This document shows, piece by piece, positions 35,961-49,015 of a stretch of DNA of 64,000 nucleotides. Source of the stretch: Squalus acanthias. Taxonomy: Eukaryota. The position numbers and the translations under genes were made by a program. Location of the stretch: contig CM059446.1 in assembly GCA_030390025.1 (NCBI GenBank), positions 42,222,001-42,286,000 on the forward strand, written 5' to 3'. Positions within the stretch are counted from its first letter, which is position 1. Each line of letters begins with the position of its first letter. The notes under the pieces are model-generated. The model did not search any database and was not told the origin of the DNA. It worked only from the letters and a program-made list of their open reading frames with translations.

Positions 35961-36847
35961 AAGTGCCTCAAGTGTCTTCAGTCACAGTTGTCACTTTATC
36001 ACATATTTCTACCACTGATTTCAGTGGTGAAAATAAAATGAGGCCATACAGATGTGACAATATAACTCACTGCTACCACCACACACTATATTATTCAAAC
36101 AGATCCTGAAGTGTCACTGGGAACCATCAATATTGTTATTCGTAAATATAAGCTAATTAAATAAAATGTTAAATCTTTATAAACAAACAACTTTTTACAC
36201 ATTTAAATAGTAATGGATAATAATTTTCATAAAAGGCCTCTGTTGTATTGCCAGCGGCAACAATCCATGTAGGGCATGTGGACAGACATACATCATTTTA
36301 TGTTTAAAATCTTGGATAGAGAGATTTAAAAAAAATAGGGAGTATGCAGTGGGATGATTGTAGAATCAAAGAACACAGAATTCATCAGTTTTAAAGTATT
36401 TCAACCAGGTTTTTCCTCTAGCTTCTACCAGCACTATGCCCCAGTCAGTTTAAATTCAAACAATTCCAATTATGTTCAGCTTTATTTCCCTGCCCCACTA
36501 CTGTGCGATGTGATGTAACAGAACTTTCAAAATCAGCCGCTCCAATAAAGACTCCTGCATAGTCACCACAAAATATTACAACCGAAGCTTTTACGCATCT
36601 AAAGGTTCTCGCTTAGCCACAATAATTAGGCATAATTGTTCATTTCCAGTGGGATATCATCAAAAGCACCTTCAGCTACAGTTTTTAAAACTGCCCAGTT
36701 TAGATTCTTTCTTTGTAGCTCGCACTAACAGAATTTCACTGACAAGTATGCCCATGGAGTCTACTTTTAGAGAGAGATCTTGTCAGAAAGGCCTAAAAGA
36801 TTACATTAGTTACACACTTGCCTAATGGCAGCTGACTGTTTACTGAC

Positions 36848-37039
36848 CTTTGGCATCTCCACTGCTGAGAGAGTCAGACCACTTAGGCCCCTGGCTAAAG
36901 TATACAGTTTCCTTAGCCGGGATTGCTAGTTCGACAGCGTTTGAAAAGGGCCCTTCTCCTACTTCGTTAGACGCAGATATCTGAACGAGATAGACATTTC
37001 CTGGAAGGAGGTTCTCCAGCAAAGCCATAGTAATCGTTC
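36848..37039 (-). CDS. PRTG: Protogenin coding exon (about 16): [64 protein letters not shown]
   Basis: Matches [40 protein letters not shown]. Acceptor tttag, donor gtcagt; 192 nt, phase 1-1. Confidence 0.96.
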
Positions 37040-39376
37040 CTAAAAACAAAGATGACATTAATGGATCAAGGGCTAAAAAATGCAGTGAAGGCGGAATCAC
37101 TCATGGAAGCACTGTTGCGCAACAAATGATCTATTAGTTCCGCACCTCAATAGATCACACTTACTTTTCTCAAATTGGAATTAAAATATCTGGCACAGTT
37201 CTGCACCTGGCACACAAAGTCACCGGGACAGTGTGAAGCGACAAATCAGATTGAAGTTATTTATAAATAAAACAGATAGAAAAAAAAAGGAAATGTTTTT
37301 TTATTTTAAATAAAGTCAATAAAATCAAATGTAGCAGGGGCTTGCTAGATTGTCAAACAGCAGGACACTATTTCCATGCATGTTGCTGTCCCACAGCAAT
37401 GGATCATAACACAAAGTTATTGCATTTGGCTCGATTCCCCCCCCCCACCCCCCCAATCCCCCACCACCACCCTCGAGGAGAAAACCAAACTATTCTCCAA
37501 CAGGTTACTTACAAATTATATTCCACAAAATATTTCAAGTCCCTAGAATCAATTATTTTATAATTATACAAGATAATGATCAACAGAAAAATGCGCACAG
37601 AATTGCTAAACAAATTGAAAACATTTGCTTCTCAACTTTAGTGAGAATTGTGTGTCTATGGGTATTGTACATCTCAAAATACATCGTGTTATTTTGGAAT
37701 ATATAATTGATTCCTTGTACATTTCCACACTCTCCAGAGTATGATTAACTGTCTGAAACATTGATTTATATGTACACTCTATTGAACTATATTTCCTAAA
37801 TATCATGCACCCTTAGGAGATATATATGGAAATTTGGAACATAGATAAAATTCTGATAAAACACATTATTATTTTCTATGAATAGATACTGTTGAATGTT
37901 GCAGCCCAAGGGAGATGGGCTGGATTCCTAGAATGAGCTGAACTCTGCAGCTCAATAACTAGGTCACCGTGTATCCAGCAATATTAGTCATGAAGATTCC
38001 AGCAAGTTTTATGCTGGAATAACTGACAAATAGTTGATCAAAGGACTCCCGTTAGAGCTCACACTTTAAAATCAGTTTAAGCTCCTCTACTGCACCATAA
38101 ATCAAGGGACAACTTTTATTATAACAATGGTAAAAAAATCCTTTTGTCACACAACACTAATATCATAGTGAACTGCTCCCTGTCTGCCTCATGGATAACA
38201 CTGGTAATAAATGTCTGTATACAGCATGCAATGACAGTGTCAACACATGCCAATCACAGACAAAGACATACTTGGTGAAACAACTCAACTTTTATCAAAG
38301 ATGACTTTTACATGTATATGATGGAAATCAAATGTGTGGGAATATGTCACAGGCTAACCACAAGGTTCTGATAACACTATAAAAACAGTGTAAACAATGA
38401 GGTTATGATCCATTACTACAGGACAGCAACATACATGGATAATAAAAATGACTATTTCTGGTTTCAATAAAAGTCGTACTTCTAAGTGTGACTAAACTGA
38501 ACACAACATTCACCACCAGTGAGAGACAGGAGGTCAAGTTTCAGTATCAAACATCTATAGCTTGCCTTCATATGACTGGCAGCACTAAAAAGCATCCACA
38601 CTTGCCTTGTTACTGGAGATGTGAGCTTGTGATCCTCCTAACATCTGACCCTCTCAATGGTGGCTCAGAATAAACTGAGCATACTTCACATTGTGTAATC
38701 AATTAGGTTTTACTTCTACACACAATAAATATATAAATCAACAGCCAATCCAGAAAAACAATTCAACAGGACTCATTTATAGCGATTCATGGGAAGAAAA
38801 GTTCTTGTATTGATCACTAGCCATAAACCTATGATGTATATGCAGATGAACATAGCATCCATTTCTGTGTACTTCCTCACACTAATCATCTATCCTATGG
38901 CCTCCCTGAGCAAGGCTGCCAATTTGTGCCTAATTATTGGCAGATCTGCACCTGGGCTGAGATTTCACAAATGCGTTTTACTTGGAATCCTGGCAGAGGT
39001 GGAAGACTTTCGCTCCACCATCCTCAGCTGGATTCAAACCCAGGCTCCAAAAAGGTGAAGGGGGAAGTAGGCCACCTCTGAAATGCTACATTGATCTAAC
39101 TTTGCCAAAACCCATGCAATGTTTCTTAATGGGACATTACAGTGACACAATATGCTGGTATACAAATGTGCTGGACCATTCAGACAAAGAAAGCATATAA
39201 TAAAAAGTCCTGGACAACATCATTCGCCTTCTACTAGCCAACTCAAGAGCATTGTTGGTAGAGGTCTAGGGCTAGGTTACCTGACTTGGACAGACATGGG
39301 TGCATACTGATTGCATTGGGTTTCTGCATCCACACATGGACCCCAGCACCACGCCTTGTGGCACTCCACTCGGCAT

Positions 39377-39466
39377 ACACTCCACCCAGTCTGACATCAC
39401 ACTCCACCCAGTCTGACATCACACTCCACCCAGTCTGACATCACACTCCACCCAGTCTGACATCAC
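39377..39466 (+). repeat. Minisatellite, 4 perfect copies of a 22-bp unit (acactccacccagtctgacatc)
   Basis: Read directly from the sequence. Confidence 0.95.
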
Positions 39467-39519
39467 CTTTCATTCAGCCAATTCCATATCCACGCCCAGG
39501 TTTTATCTTAAATTGAAGG

Positions 39520-39745
39520 AATAGGACAGGGGACACAGGTTCAAACTAGTAAAAGGAAAATTTAGGACTAATATCAGGAAGTTTTTTTTCCCACACAGTG
39601 ATCAACACATGGATTGGAATTCCAGATAAAGTAGTGGAGGCGGAAACTCGAATAAAACATCCATCCAGAAAAGCCCTATAATCCCAACAAGGGTCTTGAA
39701 CTAAATTGGGCCTAATAGCCTTCCTCATCCATAATTATCTTGTCA
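39520..39745 (+). mobile_element. Degenerate CR1 3' fragment
   Basis: RTGGHRFKLVKGKFRTNIRKFFSHTVINTW-like remnant. Confidence 0.7.
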
Positions 39746-39969
39746 TATGGTTTTCCACTGTCTTGGGATGCTATTTCTCAAAAAAGTGTAGGAGGCTAGG
39801 TAGGCAAGCTAGCTGTTATTTACTACATAATTCTCATACAGGTAGCCCTGAGAATCAATCCCATTAATTTTCCAGATACTAATGTTTGGTTGATGGGTCT
39901 GTCGTTCCCCCCCCCGGAGTTAGATTTGAATAAGCGCAAAAGAATTCATGTGTTCGGAGTAAAGCTCAC

Positions 39970-40140
39970 CTTCCCTGTGAAGCACTTGCCACTCGCCTGC
40001 GATCCAGGCCTTTCTGGAAGCGTAAAGGATGGTGTAACGAGTGATGGCTGTGTTGGTATCTTCTGGGGGTTTCCAAGAAATTAGAGCAGTTCCTTCTTCT
40101 ATCAAAGTGGCTTTTACTCCTGAAGGTGGACTGACTGGAG
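39970..40140 (-). CDS. PRTG: Protogenin coding exon (about 15), FN3: [57 protein letters not shown]
   Basis: Contains the diagnostic [25 protein letters not shown]. Acceptor atag, donor gtgagc; 171 nt, phase 1-1. Confidence 0.97.
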
Positions 40141-40413
40141 CTATGGTAGAAAATAGTTAATGAAGGAAGTTACAAAAACACACAAAACACAGGTCAATTA
40201 TTTCGATAGAACTGTTTTAACTTTTGAGAAGATCCCTATAGAATCCTTCAAATAAAAGTGATCACAATACAGATTAGGATTTTTTGTAATGATGACCTAC
40301 TGCATCAGTGGAATATTTTTCCAATTCTGACACCAGCCATCCCGTGCTCAGAGTTAAGATTGCCAATTAGTACTGAATTTGGGAATGTTTTGTGCAGTAG
40401 GCTCATGCCATCT

Positions 40414-40873
40414 AAAAAGACTTGCATTTATAGAACGCCTTTCACGACCTCAGGACATCCCAAAGTGCTTTATAGCCAATGAAGTACTTCTGAAGTGTAG
40501 TCACTGTTGTAATGTTGGAAATGCAGCAGCCAATTTGCACACAGCAAACTCCCTCAAACAGCAATGTGACCAGATAACTGTGTTTTTTTAGTGATCTTGA
40601 TTGAGGCATAAATATTGGCCAGGACACCAGGGACAACTCCCCTGCTGCTCTTTGAAATAGTACCATGGAATCGTTTACGTCCACCTGAGAGAGCAGACGG
40701 GGCCTCGGTTTAATGTCTCATCCGAAAGACGGCACCTCTGACAGTGCAGCGCTCCCTCAGCACTGCACTGGAGTGTCAACCTAGATTTATGTGCTCAAGT
40801 CTCTGGAGTGGGACTTGAACCCACAACCTTCTGACTCAGGAGAGAGTGCTACCCACTGAGCCACGGTTGACAC
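40414..40873 (-). mobile_element. Full-length Deu-domain SINE (SacSINE1-like)
   Basis: Same head, Deu domain and tail as 8811-9272. Confidence 0.88.
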
Positions 40874-41734
40874 TCAAACTTTATTGCCCAATCTAACTTT
40901 ATGTGGGATACTTACAGCCAGGATACTTTCATCCCAATTTAGACTGGATTTAACCATGCCTCTTAGAATCATAGAATAATACAGCACCGAGGAGGCCGCC
41001 ATTTGGCTCATTGAGTCTGCGCCGGCTCTTTCGAAGAGCAATCCAGGTGAAAGACTAGTATCTAACCCACTATGTCACCCAGCTCGCTCAAGGACAGGCT
41101 GTTCTTAAGAGAAGATGCATAAAATGCAAACAGTATAATAAAACACAGCTACTATAAAATCATATGCGCACTGCCAACCATTTAGTAGTGCAATGCGCTA
41201 ACATGTCACAAAGCTGACAGACCTTATGATTTCCATTCTGTGGTCAAATGGAGCAAGAAACCTATTTACTAAAGGTGGTTTCGAGAGAGGATTGATGACA
41301 TTTGACATTACAATGAATTAGGTTGGAATGTTAATGATGGAACATGGGAGTATGGCCAGATGAGCAGATACCAGGTTAATGAAGAGTTTGACGTAACTTA
41401 AAAGATCTTCAAACAACCATAGATTTCATGAGCTGTGAAGACTGGCTGGTTAAATACTTTCTTTGGATGGGGTCATATTCCGTTGATCCGGTAAATTAAC
41501 TGATAACTTGACGGGATTTTATTTTTCAGTAAATTTCCTGCTAATTTATCATTGTGACTGGACATCTACTGCTTTGCAGCCACAAAGCTGCTTTATCCAT
41601 TTCTCAAAACATTCCCCATTACACGCTGTATAACCAAAGATGAGCTTAAAGCAAGGTAACCATTTGCTTTTCAGCAATGTGCCACTGGGTTATTTCATGT
41701 TCTGGAGGACGAGGTAGTTTGACAGCGTCCTTAC

Positions 41735-41862
41735 CTTCTGGCAATGTAAGCTGATAAACCACTGGGCTCCAGGGGCTGGAGAGCTGGTCTGCATGAAGAC
41801 GCACAGCAAACTCGTACTTGGTGAATGGTTGTAGGCCATGAACAAGCATGTGTGTTTCAGAC
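41735..41862 (-). CDS. PRTG: Protogenin coding exon (about 14), FN3: [42 protein letters not shown]
   Basis: Matches [40 protein letters not shown]. Acceptor atag, donor gtaagg; 128 nt, phase 2-1. Confidence 0.97.
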
Positions 41863-43704
41863 CTATTTAAATGAAAATAAAACGGAACTATTAATATACT
41901 CGAATCCAGAAAGGCCTATTATTAGAAGTGCTTTTCTGAGCATATGTATAAATGCCAAGCAATTTGTAATATAATCAAGCTTCTAATATGCAAGGAGCGT
42001 TAAAGGCTAAAAGGCCAATTTTACAAGTGACAACACTGGTGAGTGAAGTTACTTGCCAATAGCACACATTCATAAAATCAGCCTGCAAGTGTCTTTGAAC
42101 TCAGTGTAAAACTGAAGTCTTATGGAGATACTTAACATAAACTGCAGATAAACCAGGTCTGTTGATAAATGTCTTGATCATTCATTCAGCAATTCAATCT
42201 AAACCAAAATAGGACATCATTCACTCATGTGACTTTCTATATGTGTTGCTGTGTGCAGGTGAAATTTGAGAGCTCAGTGTTGTGTGCTGCATATTAAAAA
42301 CGGGATAACAAATGTATTTTGCTTTTGTATAACTAAAATGTACTGAGGCCATGGTTTTCTATTTAAGTGTTAAGCTTGGAAGTTGAATTCTATCAAAAGG
42401 AAGTAAATAGGAAGCAGTTTTGATGCATGGTAATTCTATACTTGGATCAGGAAAAAATTTATCTTAAGTGTTTGGCGTGGGTTAAAAATAAAAGCATAGA
42501 GGGGGTAACAAAGGATTAAGATAACCGATGACAAAGTATTCTACTCCACTCTGGAAGAAGCTCGGCAGTGTGATGCCCTTGTAAAAGCAAAAGGACCAAT
42601 TTATGACGGTACCACAAGAATTTTGATTGTGGCGATATTTCTTGGTACACTTGCAATTGAAACTTTCAGATTAACTACAAGGTATGGTCAGTCTCCCTGT
42701 GACTGCTGCTGTATCTCCCAAGTTCCACTATGCCAATCCCGACCCTCAGTGATGTAGTCTGAAACTTATTGTGGCTTGTGTTAAATATATTTTGAGCAAT
42801 AGTCTTCTTCAAAGTAACTAGAACTGACAATACGATAATTGTTTTCCCATGTATATCAGACTAAAATATAGCACTTCAAAAGGAAGAATAAAGTTTTTCC
42901 ACATCATAGGCACCCTTTAAAATGACTGGAGATGACAGTCTAATGAGGTTAAGCAGCAAATAAATTAATTTTTGCTTTCATGTATCCTTGTGTCAGCTTT
43001 AACATAATGATGTTTAACGAAATAAATTTCAGCATCTGAACCATTAATAAGCGAAACGCCTCAAGAATTCTGTACTTGGTGCATTGGCAATACTGCAACA
43101 ATATCATAGCAACATGAAAAGTCACGGAACTCCACCTTTTCCAATAAGAATAGTAAAAGGGACGAGGGAAAGAGAAAAGGAAAGGCTGAGCTGCTCCGCC
43201 AGGGGAAAGGGTCACACAGCAAACACAGACTTGCACACTTGTAATAAAAGTAAGTTCCGAATTGTTAAACAAAAAATGGTTTAGTGCCATATCTTAAAGA
43301 AAATCAGAAGTGAGAGTTTATGGTGCTTGTCTATAAAAGTTCTATTTAGTTAAAAGCTTCACCCTGGCTGCAGCTTTCATACTTTCACAGAGTAAACAAG
43401 TATCTGGTCTCATGTCAGAGGGAGCCAATTATCTCGTTCACATCGACAGACAACAAGGGGTAGTCTGACATTCTTTTTTGCTGTGCGATTAGATTGGAGA
43501 GGTTTGCAAGGATGGGTTGGTACTGAACAGCACCATCTAGAATCACCCTGGGCAGACAGGGACAAATGCAAGGCATAACAAATGAATATGTTTGCAAAGC
43601 TTAAAGGAATTAATTGCAAAGAAATAGCATGCGTTGCACTGCACTGAGATACACCAGTGTAAATCTTAAATGGCTTTCTCAAATAGTTTCATCTCGACTC
43701 CAAC

Positions 43705-44041
43705 GGTAGCACAGTGGTTATGTTACTGGACTAGTAATCCAGAGGCCTGGACTAAGGAGTTCAAATCCCACCACGGCAGCTGGGGAATTTAAATTCAGTT
43801 AATTAAATAAATCTGGAATAAAAAGCTAGTATCAGTAATGGTGACCATGAAACTACTGGATTGTCGTAAAAACCCATCTGGTTCACTAATGTCCTTACCC
43901 GGTCTGGCCTATATGTGACTCCAGACCCACAGCAATGTGGTTGACTCTTACCTGCCCCTCTGAAATGGCCCAGCAAGCCATTCGGTTGTCAAGAAGGGGC
44001 TCACCACCACCTTCTCAAGGGCAATTAGGGATGGGCAATAA
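43705..44041 (+). mobile_element. tRNA-derived SINE of a second family
   Basis: A box tagcacagtgg and B box gagttcaaatcc; body aaacccatctggttcactaatgtcc; tail gggcaattagggatgggcaataa. Confidence 0.7.
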
Positions 44042-44488
44042 GTGATTTTTAAAAATCTAGCTATGTAGGGTGTTATTGCAAAAAATGGACTCTTTACCCT
44101 CTCTCAATACTTGGGAGTATGTATCTCCCAAAAAGATTTCTATAATCAGATTTTTGACGAACAGAGAAAATGGGCTTCCCTTGTATTAAGCAGAATTGGA
44201 AACCTTCCTTAATTTGGGGGAAGGCGGAAAGAGATCTAAATTAAACACTATGCTTTGATGCAAGCATCAGTATATTTGAGACAATCTCTTATCGTGGCTC
44301 TATTGCTTTTTGTCAGTTACATAAGCTGAGCACAGATGTACCTGTGCAAGAACTCACAGCAACACACTGCTACACTTGGGAAGATTATGCAGTTCTATTG
44401 TACAATTAATAACCCCAAATGGCAAACTGTTACAAAAACAATTGCAACACCTTGTAATATAGATATGCAAATAGAGGCATCAACTTAC

Positions 44489-44675
44489 GTCTGAAGGTAC
44501 ATGACGAGGGAAGCATTCTGCAGCCCCACGGGGTTGCAGCGGACAGTATAGTTGATCATTGGTGCAGCAGTAAAGGCTGGCTTCCCCCATTGTAAGGAGA
44601 TGGAAGATGAACTATTGGCTTTTGCATACAAGTGATGAGGTGGGGGTGGAGGAGGCACCATGCGATCCCGAACAG
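44489..44675 (-). CDS. PRTG: Protogenin coding exon (about 13), FN3: [63 protein letters not shown]
   Basis: Near-identical to recalled PRTG. Acceptor acag, donor gtaagt; 187 nt, phase 1-2. Confidence 0.97.
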
Positions 44676-45800
44676 CTGTCAAGTAAGAACACAGCTTTTT
44701 TAATCTGTTTAAGGCTTTAAAAATATATTTAAATACCTGCAGTATTTCATTAAATCGGAAATGCGGTTTGAATTTTCATTTGAAGCCCCATGCCAAGAAA
44801 AATGTGCGCTCTCCACAAGTATTTATCAATTTGAAAAAGAGATAACTGTTTCTATGGAGAACAGCAGCAAGCTGCATGCAAATTCTGTACTCAAGGGGCA
44901 AGTTGCTATCAAACCCCTCAGAAATGGTCAAAATAAATTCAGCAAGAAAGGTTTTCAAAGTATGCATGTTGGTTATCTGAAGACGGAACAACATATGCAC
45001 CTTTGAAACATATCTATCACAGTTTTCCAAACATTTTGAAGCAAAGATGTTGAACAATAATGTTGAACGTTATTCAAGCTCTGCAGCAAAACCAACGTCT
45101 TTAAAGGATGCTTTAGGGTGATTAAAAAGATGAAGAAATTTAGGAAAATTCTGAAGATTTTGCCAGCCAACTGAACAGTAAAAGTATTAATTTTTTTTAA
45201 ACTGTAAAGACGTGCAAAGGGCAGACACAGAAATGGTTTAAACTCTGACAGAAATATTCTCCAATTTACTGAGTTACTGTGGCCTCAGTGTACTGCTGCT
45301 GACAATTTGGATTTGGAGTTTTGTGATAAGAAGTTACACTTCTCAATAAGTGTTGCATTGCAAACCTATCTCCCTCCACACACAAACTGTTATTTGCTGC
45401 AGTTTTTTTTTGTTTTTGCCAAAATTAAAATCTTCACTCTTGACAATCAAAAATAATTTATAAAACACAAAACAAAACATGACCCAGTTTCCTATAAATC
45501 AGAAGTGATTGATGGGAGATGGTGACTCTAAAATAACTAACTGGCTGCTTTAGTTGTGATTGACCGGGTGGGGGGGGGGGGGTCTTTGGTTTACAAAGGG
45601 CATTAATGACAGCATTCTCATTTAACGTTTAGGTACCTGAATTAAAGATTTGGGGGTGGGGGTAGCATTTTAGCAAGGTTCACTTTAAAATATATAAAGC
45701 TTTCCTGGTCAAAAAGTTCCTGGATTTTTCTGGAGATCAGCAATCCAATGTCTGACACTCGGCACAATTCTAAATGGAGAATCAAAGGCAAATCACTTAC

Positions 45801-45896
45801 ACACACATCCTGGGGTGCTTACAGTCTGGTCCGCTTGGTAGCCTTCACCCATATAATTGTACGCCAGCAAACGCATATGATACTTTCTTCGAGGAT
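45801..45896 (-). CDS. PRTG: Protogenin coding exon (about exon 12 by human numbering), FN3: (D)[31 protein letters not shown]
   Basis: Translation closely matches recalled human [36 protein letters not shown]. Acceptor ttag at 45897, donor gtaagt at 45800; 96 nt, phase 1-1. Confidence 0.95.
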
Positions 45897-46804
45897 CTAA
45901 AAAGAGCAAACGAAAACATTTCATAAAACAAATGTTTGAAAAGCAGTGTCATTTTATAATTACTTTATTGAAAGACTGGTGTATTTCCCGCCCCCACCCC
46001 CCCCCCCACCCACTTTTTTGGTCACTGTATATCCGCATTGTCACGCATCCCCTTGCATAGAAGCTTTGTCCTGCTGACACAGATTAAGAAGAATTAATTA
46101 TTGTGCAGCATAATTTAGCCTGCAGAATATTTTTAGTAATTCATGTACATGCTTAATCTGGAAAGTATAAAGCAATGTGTTAAAATGTTAAGGAAATATA
46201 AGTTCTATGTGAAGAAGTGTGATTCCAGATACCATGGGATTTATAATAAGTTTAAACATATCTAAATATGGACTATGATGGAGGGGGAGGGGGAGAAATC
46301 AAAAACATAAGCAAAGTTACAAAAAAAACCTCTCAATGATATTAAAGTTCAATAGTGTCCGCTCACATTTAGCACGTGCCGGTTTATGCTTTTTGAGAGC
46401 TTAAACTCTCCTCTTGTCTTCGTTAGTTTAGTTGCGCTCTTGACTATATCTCACACGGAGTCCCAGTTAGTGGTGTACAATATCCCTTGTCCATTCTGCC
46501 TTTACGTCTCTTTACCAATTTTGCCACAATTAGAATGCACTTCGTCCATTCCTTCCGCCTTTATGTTTTCTGCTATTTTTCCACCAACAGTGGAACAGGT
46601 CTCCTTCACAAACCCTACATTCTGGTATCCAGAGTACCACCAGCCTTTTGCAATGTTTCAACTTAACACAGGAGTGTACAAAATCAGAGAGACCGTTGCA
46701 ATCCATCTTGGCCAGTCCCAAAGTTCAAAAAAACACCACACACACGACGACCTCCGATATTTGCCAATCATTTTCTCGGCCCAATATTTGTTCAGCGGAT
46801 AGTG

Positions 46805-47450
46805 TTCAATTTTCCAACACTATCCGCCTCCCCAGGCAGACTCTTCTATATATTCATCTCCCTCTATGCCTTGTGATTATGCCAAACATATTAGGGTTCA
46901 ATTTATCTGTATCTTGCAGAACCTTGAACAACTCAATAAGATCTCACCTGAGCCTTCTTTCTTCCAAGTGGAAACATTCCTAATTTCAGTAGCCTCATCG
47001 TGTAGGTCAGGTGGCCAACACAAGTCATCAATTTAGTTACCCTTTGCTATACACTCTTAGCGAATATGTAGTGCAATGGCTGGAATTCTGTGCAGTAGAA
47101 TGCTGGACCAGTGCTTTGTAGAAGATCATTATCAACCTCTATGCTCTATCTTGCTGGTTAAATACCTTAACATCTTGTCTGCTTTCTTTAATATGTTTGC
47201 CACATATTGTTCTAATGGATTCAGTGAGCTAATCAGAAGCACCCAGGTCACTTTCCTATGTTGTGTTCTGTCAACTAATTACATTTAGTTTAGTTTATAG
47301 TCCCACACTGCTTATTCCCCTTTCTTAGTCTCATCACTGTGCATTTATTTACATTAAAACTTCCTATTTTGCCCAAATTCTTTTATATCCACTCCACTAT
47401 TAATTATGCGCAAAAGCTTCAATTTGTTTTCAGCAAATTTTATACCCAGA
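46805..47450 (-). mobile_element. Old degenerate CR1 fragment
   Basis: Remnants such as ttccacttggaagaaagaaggctcaggtgagatcttattgagttgttcaag on the minus strand (FSLE.RRLRGDLIE). Confidence 0.55.
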
Positions 47451-48679
47451 TCCAGTGGCACATCCTGGGTCAGCATTTGAATCCAGATGTGCCAATTTAA
47501 TGGAATTGCTCTCATTATTCTGGTGAGCAGTCCCTCTAAATACTTTTTTTTTTAATGTTCATGTATAAGCAAAGTGTGCATACAACATAGGCGTGTACAT
47601 AATAGGTATTCCAATCACAGGCCACATTGCCATTTTATGCTGGCAGCACCAGTGTCTCCTCCATCACTGCTGATTTAGAACCTGAGCATTTATAGCAGCA
47701 AGCCAAGCTGTAATTTTGGGTCCCAGTGGACTCGGTTTTCCCCTAGAAAAATTCCATTAGGCACTTCTACAAATAACCCTTTTTCAAACACTGTACACTT
47801 TCAAGTGGGTTTCCTGGATTCTGAAGAAAGTTAACTTGAATATTCACATAAAAAACAACAGAAAGTCAAACTCCTCTATTAGCAACAATCAACATTAAAC
47901 AAACTTAATAGTGCTTAGCATCTGCGTATTTGTCCAGAGTTCTCAGTATCAATATAAAATATTCTTCTGAAAAAGTAGGAAATAAATACTACAAAATAAA
48001 AGCATTGGGTAACTAGCTTAAGGATCTTTCTACAAAACAACTTATCTACAAGGGACCCCTGCTGACTTGTTGAATGCCAGAGGATGGCCACACTAACCAT
48101 TTATCATACTGTCAAATGGCTTAAAAATGTCTGCTGGCCTCCCGAGTGGTCATCCAGAACCGGTCACTGTTCCATTAAATGGAGACAAGTGAAGGTCTAA
48201 TGTCAACATAGAATTGCCCTTCCCCAGAAAGAGATACTGCTTACAGCAATGGTTTACACAATGCATCTTAACACATGGGGCCTCTCTTTGTAAATGCAAC
48301 CAATCCATCACTCCACACAGCTCTATAAAGTTTAAGATTTTCTTATCCAAGATTGCAAAGTGACAGTATTCATCATTTTGATGACCTTTACACGCTATAT
48401 GTAGTGGGAATTTGTACAAACTGAAGCCTACGCAACGTCCAGTTTGAACATAACTTTCTTTAGAAAATTCAAAATGAGTAGTGGAATCAGTCTATTAACA
48501 GGCTACAAGTAGTTTTATTTATGATGCACAGCTAGTTGATACTAAAGTGACGCATGTTCTCCTCAAAGACGCTTCAAGTCTGCTTAATGAATTCAAATTC
48601 ATTTAATTAGCAAGTGTTATGGATAACAATTACTGATATTTTTAAATACAGCCTTACAACAAAAGATTTCCTCTCTTTC

Positions 48680-49015
48680 TCCCCACCCCCCACCAATTTT
48701 ATCCCATTTTCCTCTGAAGTCAGTGACTCTCACTGGGGCACAGTTCCATCAGTGTTAGCAGCCTTCTGGCACCTCAGCAAAGTGAGACTCCAGGATAAAT
48801 GTCAATAGGGTACTTGATCATGAGAATATCCATGCGGGAGCACTCTCCAGCAGAGGTCACCAGATAGCAATCAGGAGCATGAACCTAGCTGGATTCTCCC
48901 CTCCTTAGCCAGAGGCACGAAGGATAATTGTAGCACCCCCCACTACCACTCTTACCAAGATGAGCTGAGCTAATAAGAGTACAGTCTGAATGGCTCCCAC
49001 ATCACATGAGCCACC
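48680..49015 (-). mobile_element. LF-SINE-like element
   Basis: Reverse-complement similarity to 22800-23183 (ccagcagaggtcaccagatagcaatcaggagc, aattgtagcacccc). Confidence 0.55.

Noticed and set aside
39377-39466. CRISPR-like array
   Set aside because: Head-to-tail repeats with no spacers, in a vertebrate intron.
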